Shown: positions 20,589-30,637 of the stretch, one piece after another
How the letters are laid out: every line of letters begins with the position of its first letter
Numbering within the stretch: position 1 is the first letter of the stretch
Assembly: GCA_963977015.1 (NCBI GenBank)
Contig: CAXBMO010000002.1
Span: forward strand, 32,001-96,000
DNA from: an uncultured bacterium
Lineage (GTDB): Bacteria; Verrucomicrobiota; Verrucomicrobiia; Verrucomicrobiales; DEV007
Reading direction: 5' to 3'
Length of the DNA: 64,000 bases
Position numbers and translations under genes: made by a program
The notes under the pieces: model-generated
Told to the model about the DNA's origin: nothing
The model's input: the letters and a program-made list of their open reading frames with translations, nothing else
Database searches by the model: none

Positions 20589-22178
20589 ATGAGACTCTGG
20601 CATGCCCTTGCACTGGTGACCGTCTTGTGGTTCGCAATGTATGTTCCCTATCTTGGATCTCACGAGATTCGAGGAGAGGAACCACGCCGCATTTTGCCCG
20701 CACGCACCATGCTCCAGAACGGAGACTTTGTGGTTCCGCGAGTCGGAGGCGAAATTTACAGTCGCAAGCCTCCTCTGATCAACTGGAGCATTGCCGCGGC
20801 TTTCGCCGTGACGGGAGACAACGTCTGGTCGGCCCGATGGCCGTCGATTCTCTGGTTACTCGCGTTCGCCTTCGCGGCCGTGATCGCCCTCAAAGATCGA
20901 TTTGGAATCTGGCGCGCGACGACGGTCGCACTCTTCTTTCTCAGCTGCTTTGGGGTGCTTGACAAGGGGCGAATGGCCGAGATTGAAGCGATGTATGTCG
21001 CCCAGATTGGCATCGCGTTTGTGCTTTGGCTCAGGTGGTGGACGGATGGCCGCCGTTGGCTGGCATACACGATCCCCTGGCTCTTTCTGGGGCTGGGACT
21101 GCTCGCCAAAGGACCGGTGCATCTTCTCTTTTTCTATCCAGTCGTCATTGCCACGGTTTGGAAAGCAGGCCGGCTGCGAGAGCTCTTTCACCCGGCTCAT
21201 CTCCTCGGAATCGTGCTGATGGTTGGCGTTTTCGCTCCCTGGGCCTATCTGAACTACCAGCAGGTCGGCTCGGCAGAAGAGACCTCGGGTGTCTGGATTC
21301 AGCAATTCGCGGCGCGACTCGGCCTGCACAATGTCGATATCGGAGGATGGCTGATCCGACCGGTCGAAATGGCGAAAGACTTCCTGCCCTGGACCATCCC
21401 CCTCATTTGGGCATGGCTGCAACTTCGGGGCAACTCGCCCCGTCCGACCGACGATTGGGACATCGCGATGTGGGGTTCTCGATTCGGACTGATTTTTGGC
21501 TTTGTCATGATCTCGCTCGCCCCAAAAGGTGAGGCTCGCTACGTGATGCCGGTTTTCCCGGTAGCCGCAGTGATTCTGGTCGATCTCCTGAGGCGAATTG
21601 AGGACGCTCCCCGGCTGCAATTCGATCGTTGGTGGCGAAAAAGCAACGCCGCGCTCGCGATCGCTCTGCCCGTGGTCGCGGTGGCCGCAATCTGGATCGT
21701 TCCCTTCTTTGGCCCATCAACGCCCCTGGTTCCGGCCCTGGGGGCGATTGGAATTTGTTTGCTCTCCGTCTTCCTCGTCAAGCGATTCACGATGTGGCCG
21801 CCTCTCGTCCACACCTGTATCGTCTTTGCCGCTGCGATCTTTCTTGCTTTCACCCACGTGGTTTCTCTCGAACGCGAACACGCGTTTCACCGTCCTCATG
21901 CGACGGAACTCCTTGGCCATCTCGACGATCCTAACCGTCTTCTTGCGTTTTATGATCCGGAGAATCTTCGTTTTCTCGTTTATGTTTCCCATCCCTATGT
22001 TGAAGCGGCCAGGATTTCTGAAATGCCGGAAAATCCCGGATACCTCGCCATCAAGAAAGAAGATCTGAAACTCAAAAAGGTTGAGAAATACCTTCGCCCG
22101 TTTCGCACCAGGGAACTGGCGGACTTTCATTGGGAGAAGAAGGATTTCGTCTTGTTGAAACTGGATCGCCTGGAGTGA
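20589..22178 (+). CDS. ArnT/PMT-family (GT39/GT83-like) membrane glycosyltransferase
   Basis: EEPRR..AR.M...GD.VVP, KPPL..W, ARWPS and GLL.KGP motifs; many TM segments. Confidence 0.88.
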   Translation: MRLWHALALVTVLWFAMYVPYLGSHEIRGEEPRRILPARTMLQNGDFVVPRVGGEIYSRKPPLINWSIAAAFAVTGDNVWSARWPSILWLLAFAFAAVIALKDRFGIWRATTVALFFLSCFGVLDKGRMAEIEAMYVAQIGIAFVLWLRWWTDGRRWLAYTIPWLFLGLGLLAKGPVHLLFFYPVVIATVWKAGRLRELFHPAHLLGIVLMVGVFAPWAYLNYQQVGSAEETSGVWIQQFAARLGLHNVDIGGWLIRPVEMAKDFLPWTIPLIWAWLQLRGNSPRPTDDWDIAMWGSRFGLIFGFVMISLAPKGEARYVMPVFPVAAVILVDLLRRIEDAPRLQFDRWWRKSNAALAIALPVVAVAAIWIVPFFGPSTPLVPALGAIGICLLSVFLVKRFTMWPPLVHTCIVFAAAIFLAFTHVVSLEREHAFHRPHATELLGHLDDPNRLLAFYDPENLRFLVYVSHPYVEAARISEMPENPGYLAIKKEDLKLKKVEKYLRPFRTRELADFHWEKKDFVLLKLDRLE

Positions 22179-22288
22179 CTTTCCACGTTTTTACAATCTT
22201 CTGACACATTCCCCCGTAACAACGTGGCATGCTTTCCCTAATAAGAAGTTGGGATGTGTGTCTAAACTTGTAACCCCACGTTGTTCCG

Positions 22289-24643
22289 ATGAAATCCAGA
22301 TTCCTGATTCTCTTCCTTTGTGTCGCCTTTCTTCCCTTCCACCAGGCGACGGCCAACGGTCTCATCATTGTTGATCGGGCGATTGATCATCCCATCATCA
22401 TTCCAGAACCTCCGCACCCTCCCCTGCCACCTCGTCCACGTCCGCGACCGCCAAGGCCGATTCACCGGCACATGCCGTTGGATCTGAAACAGCAGAAGGT
22501 TGAGATCACCATCGATGATCAGGTTGCAACGACTGAAGTTTTTCAAGTCTTCAAAAACCCCACGTCGCGAAGACTTGAAGGAACCTTCATTTTTCCTGTC
22601 CCTAAAAATGCCCAGGTCACGGAATTCGCCATGGAGGTGAATGGCGAATTGGTCGAAGCAGAGTTACTCGACGCGGCAAAAGCCAGAAAAATTTACGAAG
22701 ACATCGTACGTCGCGCGTTGGACCCCGCTCTGTTTGAATATGCATCCCGGGGATTGTTCAAGGTGCGCATTTTTCCGATCGAACCCCATTCCGAGAAAGA
22801 ATTGAGGATCAAGTATACGGAACTGCTGAAAAAGGATGGCAACCTGGTGCTGTATAACTACCCGCTGAATGTCGCGAAATATTGTAAGACGCCGATCCCC
22901 GATTTCTCCTTGCGAGTTCAGATCGAAGCGAGTGAAGGCAAGAACCTGAAAACGATCTATTCTCCATCACACGAGATTGAGATATCACGCAAAGGGGAAC
23001 GCCGGGCCGTTCTGGGCTTGGAAGAAAGCAAAATGGACGTCGATCGCGACCTTCAGATCTACTATTCGCTGCGACCGGAAGGCAATGATCCGGTGACCAT
23101 GGATTTCCTGACTTATCACGAAAACAATGCAAAGGAGGCAGGCCATTTCATGCTGTTGCTTAGCCCGGAAGATTGGAACGACAACGCCAGGGTGATTCCC
23201 AAAGACGTCGTTTTCGTCTTCGATTCATCGGGATCAATGCGAGGTGAGAAAATGGAGCAGGCTCAAAAGGCGATGGATTTCTGTATCAACAGCCTCAACC
23301 CCGAAGATCGTTTTGAAATCATTCGATTCTCAACCGAAGCAGAATCCGTGTTTGAGGAGTTGGTCACAGCAACGGAGGCAAACCGGAAGAAAGCGTCCAA
23401 GTTCGTCGAGTCCGTTCGTGCGATCGGCGGAACCGCCATCGAGGAAGCACTGACACTGGCCATTGAGACGGCCACCAAGTCGCCGGACAAAAACCGTCCT
23501 CTCCAGATTATCTTCATGACGGATGGAAAGCCAACCCTTGGGGCGACCAAGAAGGAAGTCATTCTGAATTCCGTCAGAGGCGCGATGAAGAACAGCGCTC
23601 TAAAACCTCGAATCTTCTGCTTCGGAATTGGCACCAATATCAATACGCATCTGTTGGACCTCGTCACCGAGGAGACGCGCGCCGTCAGTCAATACGTTCT
23701 TCCAGACGAAGATATTGAGCACAAGGTTTCTACCTTTTATGCGAAGATCTCGGACCCCGTTCTCACCAATCTCTCCGTAAAATTGGAAGGAGTGGAATGG
23801 GTTCGCAATCGCTATCCCAAGGATCTCCCTGACCTCTTTCATGGCGATCAACTCGTCGTCTTGGGCCGTTTTGGTGCCGAAGAAAAACGCGGGGAGGTCG
23901 TCCTGAAAGGCTCCATCCAAGGCAAAGAACGAACCTTCAAACTTCCCGTCCAATTTGGGGCCTCCGACCGCGATACCGGCTTTGTCGCCAACCTCTGGGC
24001 TACGCGACGAGTCGGATACCTCCTGGATCAAATCCGTCTTCATGGTGAAAGCGATGAGTTGAAAGAGGAGGTTGTCGAATTGGCTCGTAAATTCGGAATC
24101 GTCACCCCCTATACCACGTTCCTGATTGTCGAAGATGAAACACGTCGCGCGGTCCCGGAATCCTTGCGCACGCAATTGCCCGTACCGGCCGAAGCTCGAG
24201 AAGGCAGAGCCATGGGAGGCAGCGGCGGCGGCGTTGGTCGCGATGATCCGTTTGCTGATATCTCAGAGGAATACGACGCCTTGAAGTCCAAAACCGATGG
24301 CAGTTCAGCGGTCGCCGCCGCAAGATCGAACGATCGACTCAAGAACGCAAAAGGGGCCTACAGCAACACGGAAGCCAACCTCGAAGCGGAGAAGGCTCAA
24401 GGCTACAAGATAGGTGCGACGCCCACCCGCAACATTGCTGGAAAAACGTTCTATCAGAAAGAGGCAGTCTGGACCGACAGCGAAGCTCAGGCGCTGGTCA
24501 ACAAACTCAAGAAGCGCGAGATCCAGTTTGGATCGAAGGAATACTTCGATCTTCTCAGCGAAAATCTCTATCTCACCAATTGGCTCTCCGTTGGGCCTCA
24601 GGTCGATCTTGTTCTGAACGATGAACTGATTCAAATCCGATGA
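22289..24643 (+). CDS. Secreted VIT + vWA domain protein (inter-alpha-trypsin inhibitor-like)
   Basis: Signal peptide; VIT domain (QVF.NP....LEG...FP.P, A...YE); MIDAS DSSGS, GGT, TDG; LWA.RR; GIVTPYT. Confidence 0.9.
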   Translation: MKSRFLILFLCVAFLPFHQATANGLIIVDRAIDHPIIIPEPPHPPLPPRPRPRPPRPIHRHMPLDLKQQKVEITIDDQVATTEVFQVFKNPTSRRLEGTFIFPVPKNAQVTEFAMEVNGELVEAELLDAAKARKIYEDIVRRALDPALFEYASRGLFKVRIFPIEPHSEKELRIKYTELLKKDGNLVLYNYPLNVAKYCKTPIPDFSLRVQIEASEGKNLKTIYSPSHEIEISRKGERRAVLGLEESKMDVDRDLQIYYSLRPEGNDPVTMDFLTYHENNAKEAGHFMLLLSPEDWNDNARVIPKDVVFVFDSSGSMRGEKMEQAQKAMDFCINSLNPEDRFEIIRFSTEAESVFEELVTATEANRKKASKFVESVRAIGGTAIEEALTLAIETATKSPDKNRPLQIIFMTDGKPTLGATKKEVILNSVRGAMKNSALKPRIFCFGIGTNINTHLLDLVTEETRAVSQYVLPDEDIEHKVSTFYAKISDPVLTNLSVKLEGVEWVRNRYPKDLPDLFHGDQLVVLGRFGAEEKRGEVVLKGSIQGKERTFKLPVQFGASDRDTGFVANLWATRRVGYLLDQIRLHGESDELKEEVVELARKFGIVTPYTTFLIVEDETRRAVPESLRTQLPVPAEAREGRAMGGSGGGVGRDDPFADISEEYDALKSKTDGSSAVAAARSNDRLKNAKGAYSNTEANLEAEKAQGYKIGATPTRNIAGKTFYQKEAVWTDSEAQALVNKLKKREIQFGSKEYFDLLSENLYLTNWLSVGPQVDLVLNDELIQIR

Positions 24644-25818
24644 AAACACCCAAATACCTCCTCCCAGCGTTGGCTGTTGCCGCGCTGCTCGCTCCAAGTT
24701 ATGGAGCCGCCGAAAAACTCGAACGTCCCAAAGTCGAAGTCTGTTTCGTTCTCGATACGACCGGCTCGATGGGCGGACTGATTCAAGGGGCGAAAGACAA
24801 AATCTGGTCGATCGCCAATGAAATGGTCTCCACCAAACCCGCTCCCGAGATTCGCTTTGGACTGATTGGCTATCGCGACAAAGGCGACGCATATATCACC
24901 AAGGTTTATGATCTGAGCGAAGACATTGACGCCATCTACGGGCACCTGATGGAATTCAAGGCGCAAGGCGGGGGGGATGGTCCCGAGTCAGTCAACCAGG
25001 CGCTTCATGAGTCCGTCACCAAGATGAGTTGGAACAAGAGTAAGGACGTCCTCAAGATCGTCTTCCTCGTCGGAGACGCCCCTCCGCACATGGACTATCA
25101 AGACGACATGAAGTATCCAGAAATTTGCCAATTGGCGATGAAGCAGGACCTCATCATCAATACCATTCAGTGTGGAAACATGAATGGAACTCGAGAAGTC
25201 TGGGAAGAAATTGCCGGAAAGGGAGAAGGTGAATACGCCGCTATCCTGCAGAGCGGAGGAACCGTCGCAATTCGGTCTCCCTACGATGCTGAGATTTCCG
25301 AAATCAATCGCAAGTTGAATGCGACGGTCGTTGGATACGGCGACCGCAGGGCTCTAGCCGCGGCACGAAGCAAGGTCGCCGCAGCTTCAAGCGCGAAAGA
25401 GGAGGCGGCGGCCGATCGAGCCGACTACCTCATCAAGGCTGCCCCCTCAGCGGATCCGTTTGCCGACATCAGCGGAGGTGGTGGCGGAGCGGTCAAAGTC
25501 ATCAGCGGCGACGAAGACCTGATCGCGCTGATCGCGGAAAAGAAGGTCACTCTCGAAGAACTCGAGGAAGAGAAATTGCCCGACAACCTGAAATCCATGA
25601 CTCAGGAAGAACGCACGGCTCATGTCGAAAAATTGCAAAAGGAACGTCAAGAGTTGCAGCAACAAATGGCCGAATTGGTGAAGCAACGCGGAGAGTTCCT
25701 CTCCGAAGAAAAGAAACGGCTCGCGGCAGCAGGCAAGAGCGACGGATTCGATCTCAAAGTGAAGAAGATGATCCGCGAACAGGCTGAAGCGAAAGGCATC
25801 AAATACGGCACCGAATAG
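24640..25818 (+). CDS. Secreted vWA domain protein with coiled-coil tail
   Basis: Signal peptide; DTTGSM, YRD.GD, GGGDGPESV and GDAPPH motifs; ATGA overlap with the upstream gene. Confidence 0.88.
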   Translation: MKTPKYLLPALAVAALLAPSYGAAEKLERPKVEVCFVLDTTGSMGGLIQGAKDKIWSIANEMVSTKPAPEIRFGLIGYRDKGDAYITKVYDLSEDIDAIYGHLMEFKAQGGGDGPESVNQALHESVTKMSWNKSKDVLKIVFLVGDAPPHMDYQDDMKYPEICQLAMKQDLIINTIQCGNMNGTREVWEEIAGKGEGEYAAILQSGGTVAIRSPYDAEISEINRKLNATVVGYGDRRALAAARSKVAAASSAKEEAAADRADYLIKAAPSADPFADISGGGGGAVKVISGDEDLIALIAEKKVTLEELEEEKLPDNLKSMTQEERTAHVEKLQKERQELQQQMAELVKQRGEFLSEEKKRLAAAGKSDGFDLKVKKMIREQAEAKGIKYGTE

Positions 25819-25839
25819 GCAGCCCGCGCGGCCTGGTTT

Positions 25840-26898
25840 TCAGATGACCTCCAGCGTCCCGTTCTCCACTCGATAGAGCAGATCGGGATGCAGGTGGTCG
25901 TCCAGCCAGTCGAGATGCGTCGTTGTAATCAACTTCTGGGCGTCGGGCGGGAGGCTCGCCATCAGGGCATTGCGACGAGCCGGATCCAACTCGCCGAAAA
26001 TGTCATCCAACAAGAGCAAAGGCGCCTCTTCAGATTGATCCTGAAACAACCGCGCCTGCGCTAACTTGAGCGCCAAAGCGACGGTCCGTTGCTGGCCTTC
26101 CGAGGCAAACTGCGACGCAGACATTCCATTCAAGGTCAAAACCAGGTCGTCACGATGCGGCCCCGCTGCGGTGGACCGCCTTCGAGTCTCTTCCGACCGG
26201 GCTTCATCCAACGCCTCGCGAAGCCGATTTCCATTTGCCGATTGATAGACGATCTCCAATTTCTCATCTTTCCCGCTGATCTCACGCTGAACGCCTGCCG
26301 CAATCGGCGCGAGGGAGGCCACCATCTCATCCCGGCGTTTGGTGAGTTCCGCACCGTGCTCCACCAATATCTGGGTATAGGCATCGATTTGCCGCCAATT
26401 GGGCTGGGCATCCCGTTTGAGGAGGAAATTCCGCGAACGCAGGGCGCGGTCGTAAGCCCGCATCGCGGCGCGATAGGTAGGGAACAGTTGCGCCCCCATG
26501 AAATCGAGATAACGCCTTCGGGATTCCGCTCCTCCCGTCACCAAAGTCAGATCATCATTCGCCATCCAGACCACTTTGGCGGTGTGGCGAAGAAAGTTGC
26601 CGGATTTGCCCTGATTCTCTCCATCGACCCGCATTTTGCGGCGAGTCTTGCTGTATCCAAAGAGCAGATCCTGCTGGCGAAATTCGGCTGAAACGGCGAA
26701 TTCGCGATGGCCGAATTTGATGCAATCCGCGACCGAAGATGTGCGCGGCGATTGCAAACGCATCACCAAACAAACCGCCTCAAGCGCGGAAGTCTTTCCC
26801 TGCGCGTTGTCGCCAACAAAGATCGTCGCGCCAGCCCCAATTGGACACGTGGCCGATTCAAAGCAACGAAGCTGGCGGATGCTAAGGGTAGTCAGCAT
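25840..26898 (-). CDS. recF: DNA replication/repair protein RecF
   Basis: GDNAQGKT Walker A, RR.YLD, GPHRDD, ASEGQQR and LLLDD..GELD. Confidence 0.95.
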   Translation of the reverse strand: MLTTLSIRQLRCFESATCPIGAGATIFVGDNAQGKTSALEAVCLVMRLQSPRTSSVADCIKFGHREFAVSAEFRQQDLLFGYSKTRRKMRVDGENQGKSGNFLRHTAKVVWMANDDLTLVTGGAESRRRYLDFMGAQLFPTYRAAMRAYDRALRSRNFLLKRDAQPNWRQIDAYTQILVEHGAELTKRRDEMVASLAPIAAGVQREISGKDEKLEIVYQSANGNRLREALDEARSEETRRRSTAAGPHRDDLVLTLNGMSASQFASEGQQRTVALALKLAQARLFQDQSEEAPLLLLDDIFGELDPARRNALMASLPPDAQKLITTTHLDWLDDHLHPDLLYRVENGTLEVI

Positions 26899-26935
26899 GG
26901 CGCAATCACTAACACCACGCCTGGCATTGGGAAAT

Positions 26936-28084
26936 CTACCAAATGCGTTTAATCGCTCTTCCCATCACTCCGGCCTCTTTTTCCTCCTGTTTTTTGGGAC
27001 GAAGAGACAATTTTTTCTTCCCGGTTTCAGGATCTTCCTCCACGGAACCGGTTTCGGCGGGAACATCAGAGATAATTGCGGCACGGATGGCTGGAGCCTC
27101 CGTCGGTGGAGCGGCCGAAGCCTCATCCTGGGAAACCGGCTCGTCCTTTGATCGCCCAAAACTCGGCAATTTGGGGATCGAATTGGAGAAGTTCGGCATC
27201 GAAATGTTTGGAAGTCTTCTTTTCTTCTCATCGAAGCTCTCATCAACCGCCACCTCCTCCACCGGAATCTCGGTGACCACTTCGTCTGAGCCGACTGCAT
27301 CCTCGAGGTCACCCTCACTTTTCCGACCAAAACTTGGCATCTTCGGCATCGAAATTCGATCAGGAATGACGCCGGCAACGGCTTCACCCGCGCCCCGCAT
27401 TCCTTCACCAGCGGCGTTCAGTACCTTGCCGGGCGCCTCGCGGACAGCGCCCGAGCCATCTCCCACATTGCCAACCGCTGCGGCCACCGGAGCCAAAACA
27501 CTCGTCGGCGAAGTTTCTCCGACCATCGACACCGAGGAAATCTCGATCCGATTCATTGGGACATCGTTGGTATCCACCGTTTGCTCGGCAATGTAATCGA
27601 GGTGTTCGATTCCGCTGACGACCCGGCCAAATACGGTGTACTGGCCGTTGAGGTGATCAAGGTCATCCAACGCAAAGTAAAATTGGCTTCCGTTTGACGC
27701 ACGATTCGGGTTCCGTGAGTTGGGCAAGCGTGCCATCGCGATGGCGCCGCGGATATGCGGGAGCTTGATTTCAGCGGGAAGGGTGTAATCAGGGCCACCG
27801 GTTCCCCAGGCTTCTTTCTGGGCGTTGTCCTTGGTCAAGGGATCACCCATTTGCACAATGTAGGAAGGAATGGCGCGATGAACGGCCATGCCGTTGTAAA
27901 ATCCGGAACGAGCAAGCTTCTTGAAGTTCTCACAGGTTTGAGGAGCTGCGTCGGGGGCCAGCTGCACCACGACTTTGCGGATCTGGTTATTGACCACCAA
28001 ATCGACGGCCACGGTGTCTTGTGCCTGAGTGAGTTGCGATCCAAATGCTAGGATTCCAGCGATCGCGAGGAAGGTACGAATCAT
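26936..28084 (-). CDS. Cyclophilin-type peptidyl-prolyl isomerase with signal peptide and long disordered tail
   Basis: AP.TCENF..L...GFY, HR.IP...VQ.GDP, GTGGP.Y, RGA.AMAR, SQFY and L.GQYTVFG.V. Confidence 0.92.
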   Translation of the reverse strand: MIRTFLAIAGILAFGSQLTQAQDTVAVDLVVNNQIRKVVVQLAPDAAPQTCENFKKLARSGFYNGMAVHRAIPSYIVQMGDPLTKDNAQKEAWGTGGPDYTLPAEIKLPHIRGAIAMARLPNSRNPNRASNGSQFYFALDDLDHLNGQYTVFGRVVSGIEHLDYIAEQTVDTNDVPMNRIEISSVSMVGETSPTSVLAPVAAAVGNVGDGSGAVREAPGKVLNAAGEGMRGAGEAVAGVIPDRISMPKMPSFGRKSEGDLEDAVGSDEVVTEIPVEEVAVDESFDEKKRRLPNISMPNFSNSIPKLPSFGRSKDEPVSQDEASAAPPTEAPAIRAAIISDVPAETGSVEEDPETGKKKLSLRPKKQEEKEAGVMGRAIKRIW

Positions 28085-28117
28085 GGTTTGCAGGGAGATG
28101 TTAGGGGAAGTAGGAAG

Positions 28118-28993
28118 TCAGATAAGCGGAGTTTCTCGGATTTCCAACCAAGATGAAAGATTATTTTCCTCCGACTTTGCCATCAGCTTTGTTCCAGGCT
28201 CTTCGTGTCCCCTTTTGACGAATCCCAGAGCAATCATTCGATCTAATTTTGGAGAATGGACCGAACTGGTGATCTTTCCGACGCTTTTGTCGCCGTCCTC
28301 CAAGCTCCAGCCAATGCCGATCTCGGAATCCGGTTCGTCAGCAACCATCGCGATCAGATAGCGGTTGACCTTCCCGGAACTTTTGATCCGGGAAATGACT
28401 TCCTGACCGATGTAGCAGCCCTTGTGAAAGTCGATCGCGCGATCCTGGAGTATCGCCTCCTGGGGGAGCACATCCGGGCCCAACTCAAGCCCCCAACGGG
28501 GAATTCCATGGCCGATTCGCAGTTCTTCCAGTTGGTCGCGCGCAAGTTCCGAACCTGAGACAGGAAGCGGGCTCGGCGATAGGACGTCCACGCCGGGCAC
28601 CCCGAATCGATTTACACGGCGAGTCCAGCCATCCATTGCCGGATCCGAGGGAGGTTCTCCCAGGAAATGAGTGATCTGCCAATCGCCGGTGATGTCTTCC
28701 AATTCGGCGTCATCGGCGATGATGTAGCGGTCCAGCCTCGCAAACAGTTCCTCACGCAACTCCACCGGTCCGTCGATGATTAAGGCGTCTTTGTCAGGCA
28801 TCGCCGAAATAAAGACATCGGCCTCGATCTTGCCTTTGGCCGTCGTCACCAGCGCGTAGAGGGCGGAATCGCTTTTCGCCTGGCGAACATCGTTCGTGAC
28901 TTGGCCATTCAGGTACCGCACTCGGTCGCCGCCTTTCAGGCAAAGGACCGCGCGCTCATTTGTGAGATCGACAAATTCGGGATTCAACTCCAT
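28118..28993 (-). CDS. ygfZ: YgfZ/GcvT folate-binding protein
   Basis: G.DRVRYLNGQ.TND and the signature KGCYIGQEV.SR. ATG at 28993 preferred. Confidence 0.9.
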   Translation of the reverse strand: MELNPEFVDLTNERAVLCLKGGDRVRYLNGQVTNDVRQAKSDSALYALVTTAKGKIEADVFISAMPDKDALIIDGPVELREELFARLDRYIIADDAELEDITGDWQITHFLGEPPSDPAMDGWTRRVNRFGVPGVDVLSPSPLPVSGSELARDQLEELRIGHGIPRWGLELGPDVLPQEAILQDRAIDFHKGCYIGQEVISRIKSSGKVNRYLIAMVADEPDSEIGIGWSLEDGDKSVGKITSSVHSPKLDRMIALGFVKRGHEEPGTKLMAKSEENNLSSWLEIRETPLI

Positions 28994-29002
28994 ATTCCTA
29001 CC

Positions 29003-29197
29003 ATGGTCATCATTGCCGAGAACGTCAAAACCGGAGAGCGAATCATCGTTTTGGAAATCGCGCAACAGATCTGCTTCACGACGGCCGATGGACGCCTTGG
29101 CTGGGCATCTCCTCAGGAGATTCGAATCGTTTCCGTGAATGGAAAGGATCCAAAATCCCTGATTTGGGAGGACGGTCAGGCCAAGCCCGCCGAATAG
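29003..29197 (+). CDS. Small hypothetical protein (64 aa)
   Basis: MVIIAENVKTGERIIVLEIAQQICFTTADGRLGWASPQEIRIVSVNGKDPKSLIW: beta-rich, globular-looking, and fills the gap between ygfZ and the DUF1501 gene. Confidence 0.55.
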   Translation: MVIIAENVKTGERIIVLEIAQQICFTTADGRLGWASPQEIRIVSVNGKDPKSLIWEDGQAKPAE

Positions 29198-29212
29198 ATC
29201 GCGGCTCTCCGC

Positions 29213-30637
29213 CTAGGTCAGGATCTCAGTCACCAATTTGGCGGGTTTGACGCCCGTCAAACGCTGATCGAGGCCCTGATAGGAAACAGTGAAGCGTTCG
29301 TGGTCGATTCCCAGCAGGTGGAGAATCGTCGCGTTGAGGTCGTGAATGTGGACGGGGTTTTCGACCACGTTGTAACTGAAATCGTCCGTCACGCCGTGAC
29401 TCACCCCCGGCTTGATTCCGCCACCGGCGAACCAACGTGTGAAACAGCGGGGATGGTGGTCTCGACCGTAGTTTTCCTTGGTCAGCGTACCCTGACTGTA
29501 AATCGTTCGGCCGAATTCGCCGCCCCAAATCACCAGCGTATCCTCCAGAAGTCCCCGTTGTTTCAGATCTTGAACCAAAGCCCAGGCAGGTTGATCGAGC
29601 TCTTTGGTTTGGCGCAAAATGTTCTTGGGAAGGCTGCTGTGATGATCCCATCCCCGGTGGAAAATCTGGACAAACCGAACGTCCTTCTCCACCATCCGCC
29701 GCGCGAGCAGACAATTGCGGGCAAAGGTGCCGGGTTTCTCCACATCCGGGCCATACATTTCGCGAATGTGCGCCGGTTCGGAATCCAAATCGATCAATTC
29801 CGGGACGCTCGCCTGCATGCGGAACGCCATCTCGTACTGCGCGATCCGAGTCTGCGTTTCAGAATCACCCAGACTTTCGTAAATCCGGCGATTCATGTTC
29901 TGAACCTGATCCAGCATCATGCGACGGGCACTCCGGCTGATTCCGGGATTGGAGAGGTAGAGAACGGGATCTCCCTGAGCGCGAAAGGCGACACCCGCGT
30001 GTTTGGAGGGAAGAAATCCGCTCCCCCAGAGTCGCGAGTAGAGAGCCTGACCACGCGGCTCGCAGTTCAACACCACGAATTCCGGCAAATTGCGATTCAA
30101 CGATCCCAATCCGTAGCTGATCCAGGCTCCCATGCTCGGTTTTCCCGGAATCTGCGCCCCCGTCTGGATGTAGGTGATCGCCGGATCGTGGTTGATCGCC
30201 TCCGTCCAAACCGTATTGATGAAGGCGAGTTCATCCGCCATGGATGCGGTTTTGGGCAAGAGTTCGCTGACCCAGCGGCCGCATTTTCCGTGCTGCGCAA
30301 ACTTGAATTTGGAAGGGGCGATGGGAAAACGGGATTGCGCTGCCGTCATCGTGGTCAGGCGCTGCCCCTGACGGACCGATTCCGGCAGGTCCTGGTCGAA
30401 CATCGCCGCCATCCTGGGCTTGTGATCAAAGGTATCCAGCTGCGACGGCGCGCCTGCCATGAAGAGATAGATGACCTTTTTCGCCCTCGCCGGATGATGA
30501 AGCGTGGGAGACGCCGCGTCGGAGCGCGCCATCAAGCTCCCGAGCGCGGCAAGTCCCAGCCCCTGCGCCGTTTTTCCAAAAAACTGACGCCGCGTCTCTT
30601 GCTGAATCCAGAAATCGATGGGATCAGAAGCCTTCAT
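29213..30637 (-). CDS. DUF1501 protein (Tat-exported)
   Basis: TRRQFF Tat motif; [45 protein letters not shown]. Confidence 0.93.
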   Translation of the reverse strand: MKASDPIDFWIQQETRRQFFGKTAQGLGLAALGSLMARSDAASPTLHHPARAKKVIYLFMAGAPSQLDTFDHKPRMAAMFDQDLPESVRQGQRLTTMTAAQSRFPIAPSKFKFAQHGKCGRWVSELLPKTASMADELAFINTVWTEAINHDPAITYIQTGAQIPGKPSMGAWISYGLGSLNRNLPEFVVLNCEPRGQALYSRLWGSGFLPSKHAGVAFRAQGDPVLYLSNPGISRSARRMMLDQVQNMNRRIYESLGDSETQTRIAQYEMAFRMQASVPELIDLDSEPAHIREMYGPDVEKPGTFARNCLLARRMVEKDVRFVQIFHRGWDHHSSLPKNILRQTKELDQPAWALVQDLKQRGLLEDTLVIWGGEFGRTIYSQGTLTKENYGRDHHPRCFTRWFAGGGIKPGVSHGVTDDFSYNVVENPVHIHDLNATILHLLGIDHERFTVSYQGLDQRLTGVKPAKLVTEILT

